This document shows positions 19,608 to 30,011 of a stretch of DNA of 62,912 bases, piece by piece. How positions within the stretch are numbered: position 1 is the first letter of the stretch; the number at the start of each line of letters is the position of its first letter. A model generated the notes under the pieces. The model worked only from the letters and a program-made list of their open reading frames with translations, was not told the DNA's origin and did not search any database. Both the position numbers and the translations under genes were made by a program. This DNA comes from Candidatus Thorarchaeota archaeon (lineage in GTDB: Archaea; Asgardarchaeota; Lokiarchaeia; Sigyniarchaeales; SOKP01), in assembly GCA_048883105.1 (NCBI GenBank), contig JBHLQY010000001.1:1-62912 (forward strand), read 5' to 3'.

Positions 19608-20519
19608 TTACAGCTTATTTTTAATTTGTTTTGAACGAGACCTTAAAGTAACTTCAGTCACCTTTGCAACTTCAGAGACCTCAGCTTGAGTCTTTCTGCA
19701 GTTGCTTGCTTTCGCTGCCATATAAATTACAGAAGCAGCTAATCCTTTAGGGTCCTTCCCGGTTCTTAAAAGACCATTCTTCGAGGCTTGAACTAGCATG
19801 TTAATCGCTTTCTTTTGCGTCTCCATTGACAACCCTAAATCGTTTCCAAAACGAAAGACTAATTGTTCTGCGGTAATTGGTTTGTATTTCAAATTGAGCT
19901 CTGGAAGCACTTCTTTCACGACCATCCCTAAGGAGCGATGTACAGTTCTTCTAGGAGTCATAGAAGCTTCGCATACTTCCTCAAGTAATCTTGGAAACTC
20001 GTGTACTCTTATCGCAGCGTACAGAGAAGCGCTAATGAATCCGTCAATTGATCTACCCATAGTGAGTTTTTTCCTCGCTACAACGGAATAAATCTTCCAA
20101 GCAGTCTCTTTGATATATTCAGGCGTATTAAGCTTGCTAGTAAGCATTTTTAATTTAGGCTTTGCCTCCCAGAAATTCCTTTCAATTGAAGAAATTAAAG
20201 AATTTTGAATTTTTGATAATCTAGAAAATAATGTCTTGCCTTTAGCACCGATTAAGCGCCCTTTGCTGTCGATCTTACTATTAGGTAACATTGTACGAGG
20301 TCCGAATTCTCTCCATCTAGGTTCAGTACGCCTTCGTTTGTTTACCTCTTCTACTGTATAAGCTCTTCTTTCATTTCCAACGAGGTTTCTCCCGATAACC
20401 ATTCCACAATTTAAACAAATATTGTCCCCATCTTTAGCCTCGATACTAGGACTGTTACAGCATTGCTCTACATCCTGTATTTCTTTTTTGGAACTTTTTA
20501 ATCGATCTTTATAACTCAT
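19608..20519 (-). CDS. tfb: Transcription initiation factor IIB (TFB)
   Basis: The ORF has an N-terminal zinc ribbon (CCNSPSIEAKDGDNICLNCGMV), a B-reader/linker and two cyclin-like repeats (GRSIDGFISASLYAAIR ...; GKDPKGLAASVIYMAAK...TQAEVSEVAKVTEVTLR). Confidence 0.92.
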   Translation of the reverse strand: MSYKDRLKSSKKEIQDVEQCCNSPSIEAKDGDNICLNCGMVIGRNLVGNERRAYTVEEVNKRRRTEPRWREFGPRTMLPNSKIDSKGRLIGAKGKTLFSRLSKIQNSLISSIERNFWEAKPKLKMLTSKLNTPEYIKETAWKIYSVVARKKLTMGRSIDGFISASLYAAIRVHEFPRLLEEVCEASMTPRRTVHRSLGMVVKEVLPELNLKYKPITAEQLVFRFGNDLGLSMETQKKAINMLVQASKNGLLRTGKDPKGLAASVIYMAAKASNCRKTQAEVSEVAKVTEVTLRSRSKQIKNKL

Positions 20520-20805
20520 ACTTTTTCACTTTCTCGATATTTGACATTGATCAAATTATACTTCTTTTTAATCAACGGTTTTTTATTTGCGATAGTATTT
20601 TTTTCTATCTCAGTAATTATTTTTTTTCTTTTTTATTATTCTTTATTTTTATTATTATTTAAATATGTTGTTCTTTTTTGGTCTTTTTAGTGAGCAACAG
20701 ACATGTTTTTCCCATTGTTTTCCCACATTATTTCATCATTTGTGAATAATCGCTGTTCTCATGATTATCAAAAAAATCTAGATTAATATATTTGTTTGTT
20801 ATTAG

Positions 20806-22515
20806 TTATAAAAAATCAAATTTTTTGGTTTCAAATTCCCTATTTTTGAGAATTTTTTTAGCATTAATTATTATATTGCTAATAAATTCATTGACTGAGA
20901 TTGATTTTTTTATATGACCTGAAGCCATACTCCCTACGGTAATGTCTCTATAATTAAAATCAAAGATTTTCTTATGATAATCCTCGTCAAATATATTTTG
21001 TGTTATAATCTTTTTTTTATAGTTTTCTGGAGCTGGACATTCTTTTGTTGCCAATATTGCGGTGCCAAAGCAAACTGCTTCTGCCCCCATTGCTAAAGCC
21101 CCAAGAAATCCTCTAGCATCACCAATTCCGCCAGCAGCAATGATTGGGACTTGAAGTAAATCTCGTGCCATTGTAATGTTAATTAGAGTTGTATTTTGGT
21201 AAGGATTTTTAGCTCCAGCACCTTCAATTCCTACCAACGTTATAGCATCTACTCCATATTTTTCTGCTGAAACCGCATGTTTTACAAGTGCACATTTGTG
21301 GAACCAATAACATCCTGCTTTATGGAGTTTTTTCCCTATTTTATTCGCTTGATAAGCTGAAGTGGTACAAACTTTAACACCCTCCTCAATAGCAATATTT
21401 ATATAATCTAAGTAGGAATCTTCAGTTCTTAGTCTCGGATTGCTTTTAGCCATTTCCGAAGATACAACAGAAAAATTAACACCAAATGGATTATTTGTTA
21501 GTTTTTTTGTTAATTCAAGTGCTTCTCGGAATTTTTCTTTAGTATTGTAAATTGATGCTGTAATAATTCCAAATCCTCCCGCATTTGAAAAGGCAGCAGC
21601 AAACGGAGCAGTTCCAATTCCTGCAAAAGCTCCCATCATAATTGGATATTTTGATCCTGTCATTTGTATTATTCTATTTTCCTTATTTATTAATCCTTTT
21701 TCAATTTTTTGCTCTGATTGATTTATAATATTCCCGATAAATTCTTTTAAGGAGATGATTTTTTTACAGTGTCCAATCGCCATTGAGCCAATGGGAGAAT
21801 CTTTTAATTGTAAATGATATATTTTCTTATAATATATTTCATCAAATATATCTTGATTTAATATTTTATTTTTCCATCTAGTTGAAGCAGGGCTCTCAGT
21901 TGTAGCTATTATCGCGCTGCCAAAACATACAGCGTCAGCACCCATAATAAGAGCCGCAAGAAACCCTCTTGCGTCGCCAATCCCCCCTGCTGCGATTATT
22001 GGAATTTTTAACAATTTTTTCCCCATTGTTACGTTTATCAGCGTAGTATTTTGATTAGGATTTTTGAATCCAGTTCCTTCAAGACCTACTAGCGTTATTG
22101 CATCAACTCCTGATTTTTCTGCCGCTAATGCGTGTTTCAATGTAGTACATTTGTGGAACCGATAACAATCTGCATTTTTTATTTTTTTTCCAAGTTTAGG
22201 AGCGCGATATGCTGATGTTGTAAATACTTTAACTCCCGCATCAATTGCGATGTCTAAAAAATCCATGTAAAATTCTTCAGTCCAACTTCTCCCCCCTCTT
22301 CGTAGATAAGGAGGCGTTATTGTAAAATTTACACCAAATGGTTTGTCAGTCAAAATTTTCATTTTTTCAATTTCTTTTCCAAACTCATCAGCATTATTAA
22401 AATTTAGAGCAGTAATAATTCCTAACCCTCCCGCATCCGAAAAGGCCGATGCAAATTCCGCTCTTCCTAAAAAAGCAAAAGCACCCATGATTATAGGATA
22501 CTTAGTTTCAGTCAT
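20806..22515 (-). CDS. Tandem-duplicated nitronate monooxygenase / FabK-like FMN oxidoreductase (two complete TIM-barrel modules in one ORF)
   Basis: The two halves begin MTETKYPIIMGAFAFLG... and MTGSKYPIMMGAFAGIG... Both contain PFGVNF, GVDAITLVG.EG.G.KNP.QNTTLIN.TM and P(I)IAAGGIGDARGFL.AL.MGA.AVCFG. I prefer the ATG at 22515 over the GTG at 22551. Confidence 0.75.
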   Translation of the reverse strand: MTETKYPIIMGAFAFLGRAEFASAFSDAGGLGIITALNFNNADEFGKEIEKMKILTDKPFGVNFTITPPYLRRGGRSWTEEFYMDFLDIAIDAGVKVFTTSAYRAPKLGKKIKNADCYRFHKCTTLKHALAAEKSGVDAITLVGLEGTGFKNPNQNTTLINVTMGKKLLKIPIIAAGGIGDARGFLAALIMGADAVCFGSAIIATTESPASTRWKNKILNQDIFDEIYYKKIYHLQLKDSPIGSMAIGHCKKIISLKEFIGNIINQSEQKIEKGLINKENRIIQMTGSKYPIMMGAFAGIGTAPFAAAFSNAGGFGIITASIYNTKEKFREALELTKKLTNNPFGVNFSVVSSEMAKSNPRLRTEDSYLDYINIAIEEGVKVCTTSAYQANKIGKKLHKAGCYWFHKCALVKHAVSAEKYGVDAITLVGIEGAGAKNPYQNTTLINITMARDLLQVPIIAAGGIGDARGFLGALAMGAEAVCFGTAILATKECPAPENYKKKIITQNIFDEDYHKKIFDFNYRDITVGSMASGHIKKSISVNEFISNIIINAKKILKNREFETKKFDFL

Positions 22516-22652
22516 CTCAGTTATATTAGTATTCCATATCAATGTTCTCACATGTTTTTTTAGAAAAAGTAATAATTAGAATATTAAATTCATAAAAATT
22601 TTTATTAATGAAAAGAGATGTATAAAATAAAAAACAATCCCAAGATTATTTT

Positions 22653-23402
22653 ATGGTTGACATAGTATTTGTCGGGATGGTTTTTGAAACCATTATTATA
22701 ACAATTGCGTTAATTTTATTGAGTTTCATTTTAAAAAAATATATAGAATTGAAGAATCGACCGACGTTATATCTATTTCTGATTTTTTTAAATATATCTA
22801 TTGCAATTATTTTTTCTTGGCTTTCGAAGATTATTGTCCTAACTACAGATATTAAATATATATATAATGACCCAAATGCTAGATATCCAAATACGCCAAT
22901 CTATTGGATTCTTCTGAGAATAGTAGATTTTAGAATTGCTCTTGATTTTTTAGCATTAGCTATAATTTTTTCATACATTTTTAAAGTAAATGTTTTTCAG
23001 GAAAGTTACAATAAGGTTCATAAATTTATTTTTTTTGGGTATGCTGGCTTTACTATTTTCTTTTCAACATTTATCTACGAACGAGGTAATACATCTTTGG
23101 ATGCTTTTAATTTTTTTTTTATCTTCTTACTTGTTGCTATAATATACATACCTTTTACAATAAGAGCTATTATGAGTTATAAATATTCTACTGATCCATT
23201 TATTAAAAACAAATTATTATCCTTGGTATTAATGTCCTTAAGCTTCATAATTGTTATATTGAATTTCTTAATCGATCGAATTTTGGTATTAATGGGAAGC
23301 CCACATTTTACGATTTTTTATTTTCTGGCATGGATTTGTTTAATTATAGGAATTATTTTTGCTTACATTGGATATATTAAACCTAAAAGCAAAGAAGTAT
23401 AA
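22653..23402 (+). CDS. Seven-segment integral membrane protein, 249 aa, function unknown
   Basis: By eye there are seven hydrophobic stretches of ~20-25 aa. I recognise no catalytic or retinal-binding motif. Confidence 0.5.
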   Translation: MVDIVFVGMVFETIIITIALILLSFILKKYIELKNRPTLYLFLIFLNISIAIIFSWLSKIIVLTTDIKYIYNDPNARYPNTPIYWILLRIVDFRIALDFLALAIIFSYIFKVNVFQESYNKVHKFIFFGYAGFTIFFSTFIYERGNTSLDAFNFFFIFLLVAIIYIPFTIRAIMSYKYSTDPFIKNKLLSLVLMSLSFIIVILNFLIDRILVLMGSPHFTIFYFLAWICLIIGIIFAYIGYIKPKSKEV

Positions 23403-23452
23403 ATCCTATAATCATTTAATTTTATTAGATTTATCTTGGTTAAAACATAATG

Positions 23453-23641
23453 TTATTTTTCTTTAATCAGTTTTATAGTTGCAATAAAAATTCCTATCAA
23501 CAATGGTAAAGGCGCAAGTAAACCTAATATAATGTATGATCCATCATTTTGAGCATATACTACGTTAAGTGCCTGCAAAAAAACTAACACATAAATAGCT
23601 AGCATCACTATAATCGGGATAAATTTCACTCTATCTTTCAT
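23453..23641 (-). CDS. Small two-TM membrane protein, 62 aa
   Basis: The ORF has two hydrophobic segments and lies 15 nt downstream of the stop of the membrane-protein gene at 23657-24499, on the same strand. Confidence 0.35.
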   Translation of the reverse strand: MKDRVKFIPIIVMLAIYVLVFLQALNVVYAQNDGSYIILGLLAPLPLLIGIFIATIKLIKEK

Positions 23642-23656
23642 TCTTCATCATCTCGT

Positions 23657-24499
23657 TTAAATTGAGCCAATAGGCATAAGATCTACTCCAACAAAAAAAG
23701 GTGATATAATTAAATATACTAAAAATATTAAAAAAAAACAAATAAATAAAAAAACTGGGATATACCCAAAAAATATTATTGCGGATTTGTTTTTTCCTTG
23801 ATTCTTGATTTTTTTTTCATTTAAGACAAAATAATAAATAATTGCGAATAGAAATATTACGAAAAACCAACCAAGAAAATTGTAAAATGGAATTGAAAAA
23901 ATTGAAAATGTTTCATTTGGTTCCATTAACCAAACCCAAGATCCCTTTGAATCAGGATATCTTGAGATTGAACCTAAATTTACCATTACTGGATCCATAA
24001 AAAGATCTAAAGAAACTGCTAAAATCCCAGCAATTAAAGCATGGAAAACATAATTATGATTTGGAAATATTATTTCTGCTATATAAACACATGACCATGC
24101 AATAATAAACCAAGCTAAACAAGTAGCGAGCGGAATTTCAAAAAACCATAAACCTCCTCTGGTAAAGAAATAAGTTTGAAATGGAATAATCTTGAACCTC
24201 CCTCCCAATATCCAAAAACATTCTTCTAATCCCGTAAAGACTATAGAACCGAAGAAGAAACAAGTAATTCTATATTTTCCATGCGTTTTATATCCGTGAT
24301 ATATTATTAATATAACTAAAAATGAAACAAAAACATCAATCAAAATTAAATCGATCCAAAAGGGTTCATAAGTGTATGGACCTCGAACATTTGGAACTTG
24401 TAACACATGTGGAAAAAGATGGTGTAATATTGTTGAGATTATAATTACTGGAGCCAATACAATTGAATTAATCATAATGAATTTATTGTCGTATTTCAT
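23657..24499 (-). CDS. Polytopic membrane protein, 280 aa, function unknown
   Basis: The ORF has multiple aromatic-rich hydrophobic segments. I cannot assign a family with confidence. Confidence 0.5.
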   Translation of the reverse strand: MKYDNKFIMINSIVLAPVIIISTILHHLFPHVLQVPNVRGPYTYEPFWIDLILIDVFVSFLVILIIYHGYKTHGKYRITCFFFGSIVFTGLEECFWILGGRFKIIPFQTYFFTRGGLWFFEIPLATCLAWFIIAWSCVYIAEIIFPNHNYVFHALIAGILAVSLDLFMDPVMVNLGSISRYPDSKGSWVWLMEPNETFSIFSIPFYNFLGWFFVIFLFAIIYYFVLNEKKIKNQGKNKSAIIFFGYIPVFLFICFFLIFLVYLIISPFFVGVDLMPIGSI

Positions 24500-24824
24500 A
24501 ATATGGGCTCTAAATTTTCGATATTTTTGTATAAGAAATCTGTAAGAATATTTTTAGATGAAATAAATTGAATTTAATTTTATTTAAAATTTCACAGATT
24601 TTAATAATATGCGCAGAATAATTTAGTTCACCTAAAATTAAAAAGTAAAGGAGAACAAGGTTCTATCTATTTTATTAAACACAAATTTATGCTACTTGAT
24701 TATAATAGTAATAATTCAAGCTCTTCTTTTCTAAATTATATTTTCAAATCGTAAAGAATTTAAGAAAAATAAGATATTTAAAAATTGAACAAATCTTATT
24801 AAAAGAAAATTTTCGTTCAAGTAA

Positions 24825-25133
24825 ATGAATGACTCAGAGTTTAATAAAGAGATTGAAAAGTTAGGCAGAAAAAAATTAAATTTGCTCTCTTCAGAAGCAT
24901 TAGAAAATTCCATTAAAAATTTGACAAATCCTCGTTTTTTAGGATCTATTCATATGAAAAATTTACGCCCTAACACTAATTTTAGCTCAATAGAGAATTT
25001 ATTAAAAGGAGAACTCGAATTAAAAATTAACAAATCCTTAAAAAACACAATTTTCAATCCTATTGCAAAGATCTTAATCATTTTAATGATAACTTTTAAT
25101 ATAATATGGATTACTATTTTCTTTCTACTATAG
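24825..25133 (+). CDS. Hypothetical tail-anchored protein, 102 aa
   Basis: A polar N-terminal ~75 aa is followed by a single hydrophobic segment at the extreme C-terminus (IAKILIILMITFNIIWITIFFLL). Coding status is weak. Confidence 0.3.
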   Translation: MNDSEFNKEIEKLGRKKLNLLSSEALENSIKNLTNPRFLGSIHMKNLRPNTNFSSIENLLKGELELKINKSLKNTIFNPIAKILIILMITFNIIWITIFFLL

Positions 25134-25333
25134 CTTCAAAAGAGAGATGAATAAATCCAAAATTTTTTTTTAAAAAGGCTATAGAATTAATAAGCAGAAA
25201 CTAACTTTATCAATTAGAAAATATATTCTATTAAATTAAATTTTAAAAAGATCTAACTTATTTATATTTAGATTAATAGGTTTTATATAATTTGATTTTC
25301 GAAAAGAAATCTCGTTAAAAAGGTAGCCTACAA

Positions 25334-26800
25334 TTGAAATACGACATTGTTATTATCGGTGGTGGAGTCATTGGATGTTGCATTGCTCGCACTCTTTCAA
25401 AATATGATTTAAAAATAGCCTTATTAGAAAAAGAAGCCGATATTGCTTCTGGAACCACTAAAGCTAATTCAGGTGTTATTCACGCGGGGTATGCTTCTGA
25501 AAGACAATATATTAAGCGTCATTTATGCATTAAAGGGAATAAGTTATATACCCAAGCTCAAGAAGAGTTAAATTTTCCTTTCCAACGAATCGGTTCATTT
25601 GTAGTTGGGTTTGAAGATGAACAAATTAAAGATCTAGAAGAATTGAAAAAAAAAGGAATGGAAGATGGAATTCATGATCTAGAAGTAATCCTCGATAAAA
25701 AGAGAATTTTAAATATGGAACCTAATATAACAGATGAGGTAGTTGGTGTCCTACACGCGCCTTCAGCTGGACTTGCAAGTCCTTATGAATTAACGTTTGC
25801 GTTAGCAGAAAATGCTGCAATGAATGGAGTAAAATTTTTCCGCAATCATGAAGTTATTAAGATTAAACATCAAGATTATACTTTCAGCGTAAGGACAATA
25901 GGAAGAGAGGAGTTTAAGACGAATAATCTTATTAATGCTTCTGGCCTTCATGCAGCACATATTTCTAGGATGTTAGGATTAGATTATTTCGAGATAATGC
26001 CAAGAAAAGGTGAATATATTCTATTTGATCGCAACGCAATTCATCTGAATAAAATATTATTTCCAACTCCAACTAAGGTATCGAAAGGAATATTGGTTTG
26101 TCCAACTTTACATGGAAATACGTTTGTTGGACCTAATGCTCAAAATATTACTGATTTAGAAGATATTTCAACCACAGAAGCGGGTTTAAAGGAAATTTTA
26201 GAGGGAGGAAGAAAATTAGTACCTAACTTGCCTGCAAGGAGTTCCATTAGAAGCTTCGCAGGTCTTAGAGCAGTACCTAATACATATGATTTTATAATTG
26301 ATAATACAGATGTGTATGGTTTTATAAATGTTGCGGGTATATTATCCCCTGGTTTAACAGCAAGTTTCGCAATAGCAGAAAAAGTTGAAGAATTTCTCGA
26401 ATTGTTAGGTGTTGTTATGAAACTTAAAGACGATTATAATCCAAATAGACCTAAACCCGAACGATTTAAAGATTTTAATAAGGAGGAATTAGATAAAAAG
26501 ATAACAGAAGACTCTACGTGGGGGAGAATAATTTGTCGTTGCGAAACTATTCCGGAAAGAGAAATTCTGAATGCGATTCATGCCCCAGTAGGGGCGACCA
26601 CTGTTGATGGAATAAAGTTCCGATGCCGCCCGGGGATGGGTCGTTGCCAAGGAGGATTCTGTCGTCCTCGAGTGATTGAAATATTATCGAGAGAGCTAAA
26701 TTTACCGTATGAAGAAATAACAAAAAAGGGTGAAGACACACAATTCTTAATAGGACATACAAAAGATTTTATTTTAGAAGAGATACAAGGAGAAGAATAA
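25334..26800 (+). CDS. FAD-dependent glycerol-3-phosphate dehydrogenase-like oxidoreductase (GlpA-like) with a C-terminal BFD-type [2Fe-2S] domain
   Basis: The ORF has an N-terminal YDIVIIGGGVIGCCIA dinucleotide fold and a C-terminal ICRCETIPEREI...FRCRPGMGRCQGGFC motif. The TTG start follows a GGTAG-type SD. Confidence 0.8.
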   Translation: MKYDIVIIGGGVIGCCIARTLSKYDLKIALLEKEADIASGTTKANSGVIHAGYASERQYIKRHLCIKGNKLYTQAQEELNFPFQRIGSFVVGFEDEQIKDLEELKKKGMEDGIHDLEVILDKKRILNMEPNITDEVVGVLHAPSAGLASPYELTFALAENAAMNGVKFFRNHEVIKIKHQDYTFSVRTIGREEFKTNNLINASGLHAAHISRMLGLDYFEIMPRKGEYILFDRNAIHLNKILFPTPTKVSKGILVCPTLHGNTFVGPNAQNITDLEDISTTEAGLKEILEGGRKLVPNLPARSSIRSFAGLRAVPNTYDFIIDNTDVYGFINVAGILSPGLTASFAIAEKVEEFLELLGVVMKLKDDYNPNRPKPERFKDFNKEELDKKITEDSTWGRIICRCETIPEREILNAIHAPVGATTVDGIKFRCRPGMGRCQGGFCRPRVIEILSRELNLPYEEITKKGEDTQFLIGHTKDFILEEIQGEE

Positions 26801-28095
26801 TGAAAAAATATAAGGTTGATGTCGCTGTAATTGGAGCTGGTGCAGCGGGTTTGGCGGCTGCTATTGAAATAAAAAAGGCTGGATTAGGCGTATTAATTTT
26901 AGAAAGAGATAAAGAATTAGGAGGTATCACATTACAATGCATTCATAATGGTTTTGGGCTACACGAATTTGGAGAAGAATTGACTGGTCCGGAATATATT
27001 CAGAGATTTATTAATGAAGTCAAACAATTAGATATACAGTATAAACTCGATACTATGGTAATTGAGTTTACGCAAGACAAAAATGTTTATGCTGTAAATA
27101 AAGAAGAGGGTCTCATGGAAATTGAAGCAAAAGCAATAATCTTAGCTATGGGTTGTCGTGAAAGAACAAGAGGGGCAATCAATATACCTGGATTTAGACC
27201 AGCTGGAATTTACACAGCCGGACAAGCTCAAAGATTCGTAAATATGGAAGGTTATTTGCCTGGTCGTTCTTTTATTATTTTAGGAAGCGGAGATATCGGT
27301 ATGATTATGGCAAGAAGATTGACATGGGAAGGCTGCCAAGTAAAAGCAGTTGTTGAGATAAATCCTTACGTAAGCGGTTTGATCAGGAATCAAGTGCAAT
27401 GCTTAGAAGATTACGACATACCACTCATATTAGGTTATACAGTAACTAAAATTCATGGTGATGAACGCGTTCAGGGTGTAACCATTTCGAAAGTTGATCG
27501 AAATTTTGATAGAATTATTGGTACAGACAGATTTATCGAGTGTGATACTTTACTGTTATCAGTTGGTCTAATCCCAGAAAATGAATTAACGCTACAAGCT
27601 GGAGCAGAGATATCTGCCATGGGAGGTCCGACCGTTGATAATAATTTAGAAACGACAATAGAAGGGGTTTTTGCCTGTGGTAATGTATTACAAGTTCACG
27701 ACCTAGTCGATTTAGTTACTACTGAAGCAAAAAGAGCAGGATTAAATGCGGTTGAGTATATTAAGGAAAAATATGGAAAAGATATTAAAAGAGAAGATCA
27801 AATTAAGTGTATCGCTGGAGAAAACGTGGGTTACGTTAAACCAGACATAATTAATAAAGAAGACTTATCCAATGACATAATATTCTCGTTTAGAGTGAAG
27901 TATCCAGATAGAAGAATTCTGATTCAAATTAAAGATATAGATAATAATCACATTCTCTATAATAAAAAGAAAGTGTACGTCATACCAAGCGAAATGATTG
28001 AATTAAACATAAACTTTGAAAATATAAATCCTAATTGCAAACAGATAGAACTTGAAGTTATACCTCGCCCGGAGGTTTTAATCGAAGAAGATTAG
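26800..28095 (+). CDS. FAD/NAD(P)-binding pyridine nucleotide-disulfide-type oxidoreductase (second subunit of the GlpA-like trio)
   Basis: The ORF has VDVAVIGAGAAGLAAA and a second ILGSGDIGMIMA Rossmann motif, then FACGNVLQVHDLVD. Its ATG overlaps the upstream stop (TAATG), which suggests translational coupling. Confidence 0.8.
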   Translation: MKKYKVDVAVIGAGAAGLAAAIEIKKAGLGVLILERDKELGGITLQCIHNGFGLHEFGEELTGPEYIQRFINEVKQLDIQYKLDTMVIEFTQDKNVYAVNKEEGLMEIEAKAIILAMGCRERTRGAINIPGFRPAGIYTAGQAQRFVNMEGYLPGRSFIILGSGDIGMIMARRLTWEGCQVKAVVEINPYVSGLIRNQVQCLEDYDIPLILGYTVTKIHGDERVQGVTISKVDRNFDRIIGTDRFIECDTLLLSVGLIPENELTLQAGAEISAMGGPTVDNNLETTIEGVFACGNVLQVHDLVDLVTTEAKRAGLNAVEYIKEKYGKDIKREDQIKCIAGENVGYVKPDIINKEDLSNDIIFSFRVKYPDRRILIQIKDIDNNHILYNKKKVYVIPSEMIELNINFENINPNCKQIELEVIPRPEVLIEED

Positions 28096-28120
28096 AGAAT
28101 ATATTTTGGTGATATAAAAG

Positions 28121-28507
28121 ATGTCAGAAAGTAGCCAAAGCGTCGTAAAAGTTATAAGATGTATTATTTGTCCAACTGGTTGTGCAATTCAAGCAATCGG
28201 TGACGGTAAAGGAAACGTTACTTTTGACGGATATACCTGCAAAAGAGGGTTGGAATATGCTGAACAAGAATATTATGAACCCAAAAGAATTCTTACAACT
28301 ACTATGCGCGTAGAGGATGGATTATTACCCTTGATTCCTGTAAGAACTAACGATCCAATTCCTAAAGATAAGCTTAAAGATGTTTTAAAAGAAATTGCTA
28401 AAAAAATTCTTAAGCCTCCGATTAAAATGGGTGATATCTTAATTGAAAATGTGTTAGGTTTAGACGCTAATATTATAGCAAGTCGCGACCTAATTAAAAA
28501 CTCATAA
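28121..28507 (+). CDS. DUF1667 domain protein (small Cys-rich third subunit)
   Basis: CIICPTGCAIQA...GYTCKRGLEYAEQEYYEPKRILTTTMRV matches the DUF1667 pattern. This family usually follows the two FAD proteins above. Confidence 0.75.
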   Translation: MSESSQSVVKVIRCIICPTGCAIQAIGDGKGNVTFDGYTCKRGLEYAEQEYYEPKRILTTTMRVEDGLLPLIPVRTNDPIPKDKLKDVLKEIAKKILKPPIKMGDILIENVLGLDANIIASRDLIKNS

Positions 28508-28638
28508 TTTTAATATATTTATTTTAAAATCTTTTCCCTTTGAATAATTCAAAATTATATTATTCTTTAATTATTTATAAATATTCTAAAAAATAATCCT
28601 ATCTTTATTATTGAACTAAGATAATTAGGTTGTTCCAA

Positions 28639-30009
28639 ATGAATAAAATTGAAGTTTTAGCATATTTGGAAGAAATCGTGGGCAAGGATTATGTTTCCAA
28701 TAAACCCGAAGATTTATTTATATATTCACAAGATCCTGGAGCTTCTTTACCTCGTCCAGTTGATTTTGTAGTCTTGCCTAAGACAGTTGAAGAAATCCAA
28801 AAAATCGTGATATTGGCAAATAAGGAAAAAATTCCTATAGTACCCATGGGTGGTGGATTGACCCTTAGCGGATTAATAATCCCCGTTAAAGGGGGAATTG
28901 TTTTAGATATGAAAAGAATGGATCAAATTCTCGAAATAAATGAATTAAGTCGTTATGCTCTTATAGAAGCTGGTGTTACAACGGGAAAATTACTTTCCCA
29001 ACTAAATGAAAATCATCCAGACTTACAGCCTCCAATCCCAGATGCACCACCTTCGGCAACAGTCGCAGGAAATGCGTTAATACATGGGTCAGGGTATTTA
29101 TCTCAAAAACATGGGGATCATGGAAGCATGATTAATGGTCTTGAAGTTGTCTTACCGAGTGGTGAGGTTTGTAAGTTAGGTTCTTGTGCTATCTCCGATT
29201 ATTGGTTTTCACGAGGGCCTATCCCTGATTTTATTGGTTTATTTACTAGCTCGTTTGGCACAATGGGAATCGTCACTAAGCTTTCCATTAAATTATTTCC
29301 AAGACCTAAAATGAGAGAGATAGTTTTTGGTTTATGTAAGGATCCAAAAATACTCCCTGGTTTGATTTATAACATTACATATACAGATTTAGCTGAAGAT
29401 ATCCTAATTGGAATACAAGATAAACCTGAATGGATGAAAGGATATGTTTTTATTATAGTTTATATTACGGGAAGTACTATTGAAGAATTAGAGCCTAAAA
29501 TAAAAATTCTGAAGCGTCTTTATCGTAAAGGGAAAGCAAGATATATGAAGGTACCACCAAGAATTAGGGAACTCTTTTTAGAAAAACCACAATTTGCCGC
29601 AAGGGCTGCCGATTTTAGGAAAGGGGGTGGGTTTGAATATGTTGGAAGTTTTATACCTCTTGAAAAGATCCCTGATCTAGTTGAGATTGGATCTAAAATA
29701 TCAATAAATCATGGAATAATACCAACTATGGGTGCTAGACTTATTGGAAAGGGTCATAGTGCCATGTTTTTCACTTCATATTCATTTAATCGAGCTGACA
29801 CTAAAGATATGGAAAATGCTAGGGATGCTTTACACGAAACTAACAAAGCTGTATTAAAGGTAGGTGGTATTCCATGGAAAGCAGAAATAGCTGGTCAAAA
29901 ATTAATTCTCGAAAAAATGGATCCTAATTATAAGAAGTTAATGAAGATAATTCGGAATACTCTGGATCCTAATGGAATTATGAATCCAGGAAATTGGGAG
30001 GTGGATTAA
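28639..30009 (+). CDS. FAD-linked oxidase (GlcD / D-lactate dehydrogenase-like)
   Basis: The FAD-binding PCMH-type domain is present (VVLPKTVEEIQKIVILANKEKIPIVPMGGGLTLSG) and the C-terminal end is ...LDPNGIMNPGN. I prefer the ATG at 28639. Confidence 0.8.
   Translation: MNKIEVLAYLEEIVGKDYVSNKPEDLFIYSQDPGASLPRPVDFVVLPKTVEEIQKIVILANKEKIPIVPMGGGLTLSGLIIPVKGGIVLDMKRMDQILEINELSRYALIEAGVTTGKLLSQLNENHPDLQPPIPDAPPSATVAGNALIHGSGYLSQKHGDHGSMINGLEVVLPSGEVCKLGSCAISDYWFSRGPIPDFIGLFTSSFGTMGIVTKLSIKLFPRPKMREIVFGLCKDPKILPGLIYNITYTDLAEDILIGIQDKPEWMKGYVFIIVYITGSTIEELEPKIKILKRLYRKGKARYMKVPPRIRELFLEKPQFAARAADFRKGGGFEYVGSFIPLEKIPDLVEIGSKISINHGIIPTMGARLIGKGHSAMFFTSYSFNRADTKDMENARDALHETNKAVLKVGGIPWKAEIAGQKLILEKMDPNYKKLMKIIRNTLDPNGIMNPGNWEVD
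29997..30003 (+). promoter_or_regulatory. Shine-Dalgarno element (GGAGGTG) for the GlcF-like gene
   Basis: GGAGGTG lies 8 nt upstream of the TTG at 30012. It sits inside the last codons of the upstream gene. Confidence 0.55.
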
Positions 30010-30011
30010 AA

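Noticed and set aside
22653-23402. The seven-TM, ~250-aa membrane protein considered as a microbial rhodopsin (heliorhodopsin or schizorhodopsin type).
   Set aside because: The last hydrophobic segment (FTIFYFLAWICLIIGIIFAYIGYI) contains no lysine for a retinal Schiff base. No other rhodopsin motif is visible.
29994-30011. The track start (TTG 29994) for the GlcF-like gene, overlapping the upstream gene by 16 nt.
   Set aside because: That TTG sits inside and upstream of the GGAGGTG element. The TTG at 30012 has the SD at 8-nt spacing and starts 2 nt after the upstream stop, so I preferred 30012. The choice remains unverified.
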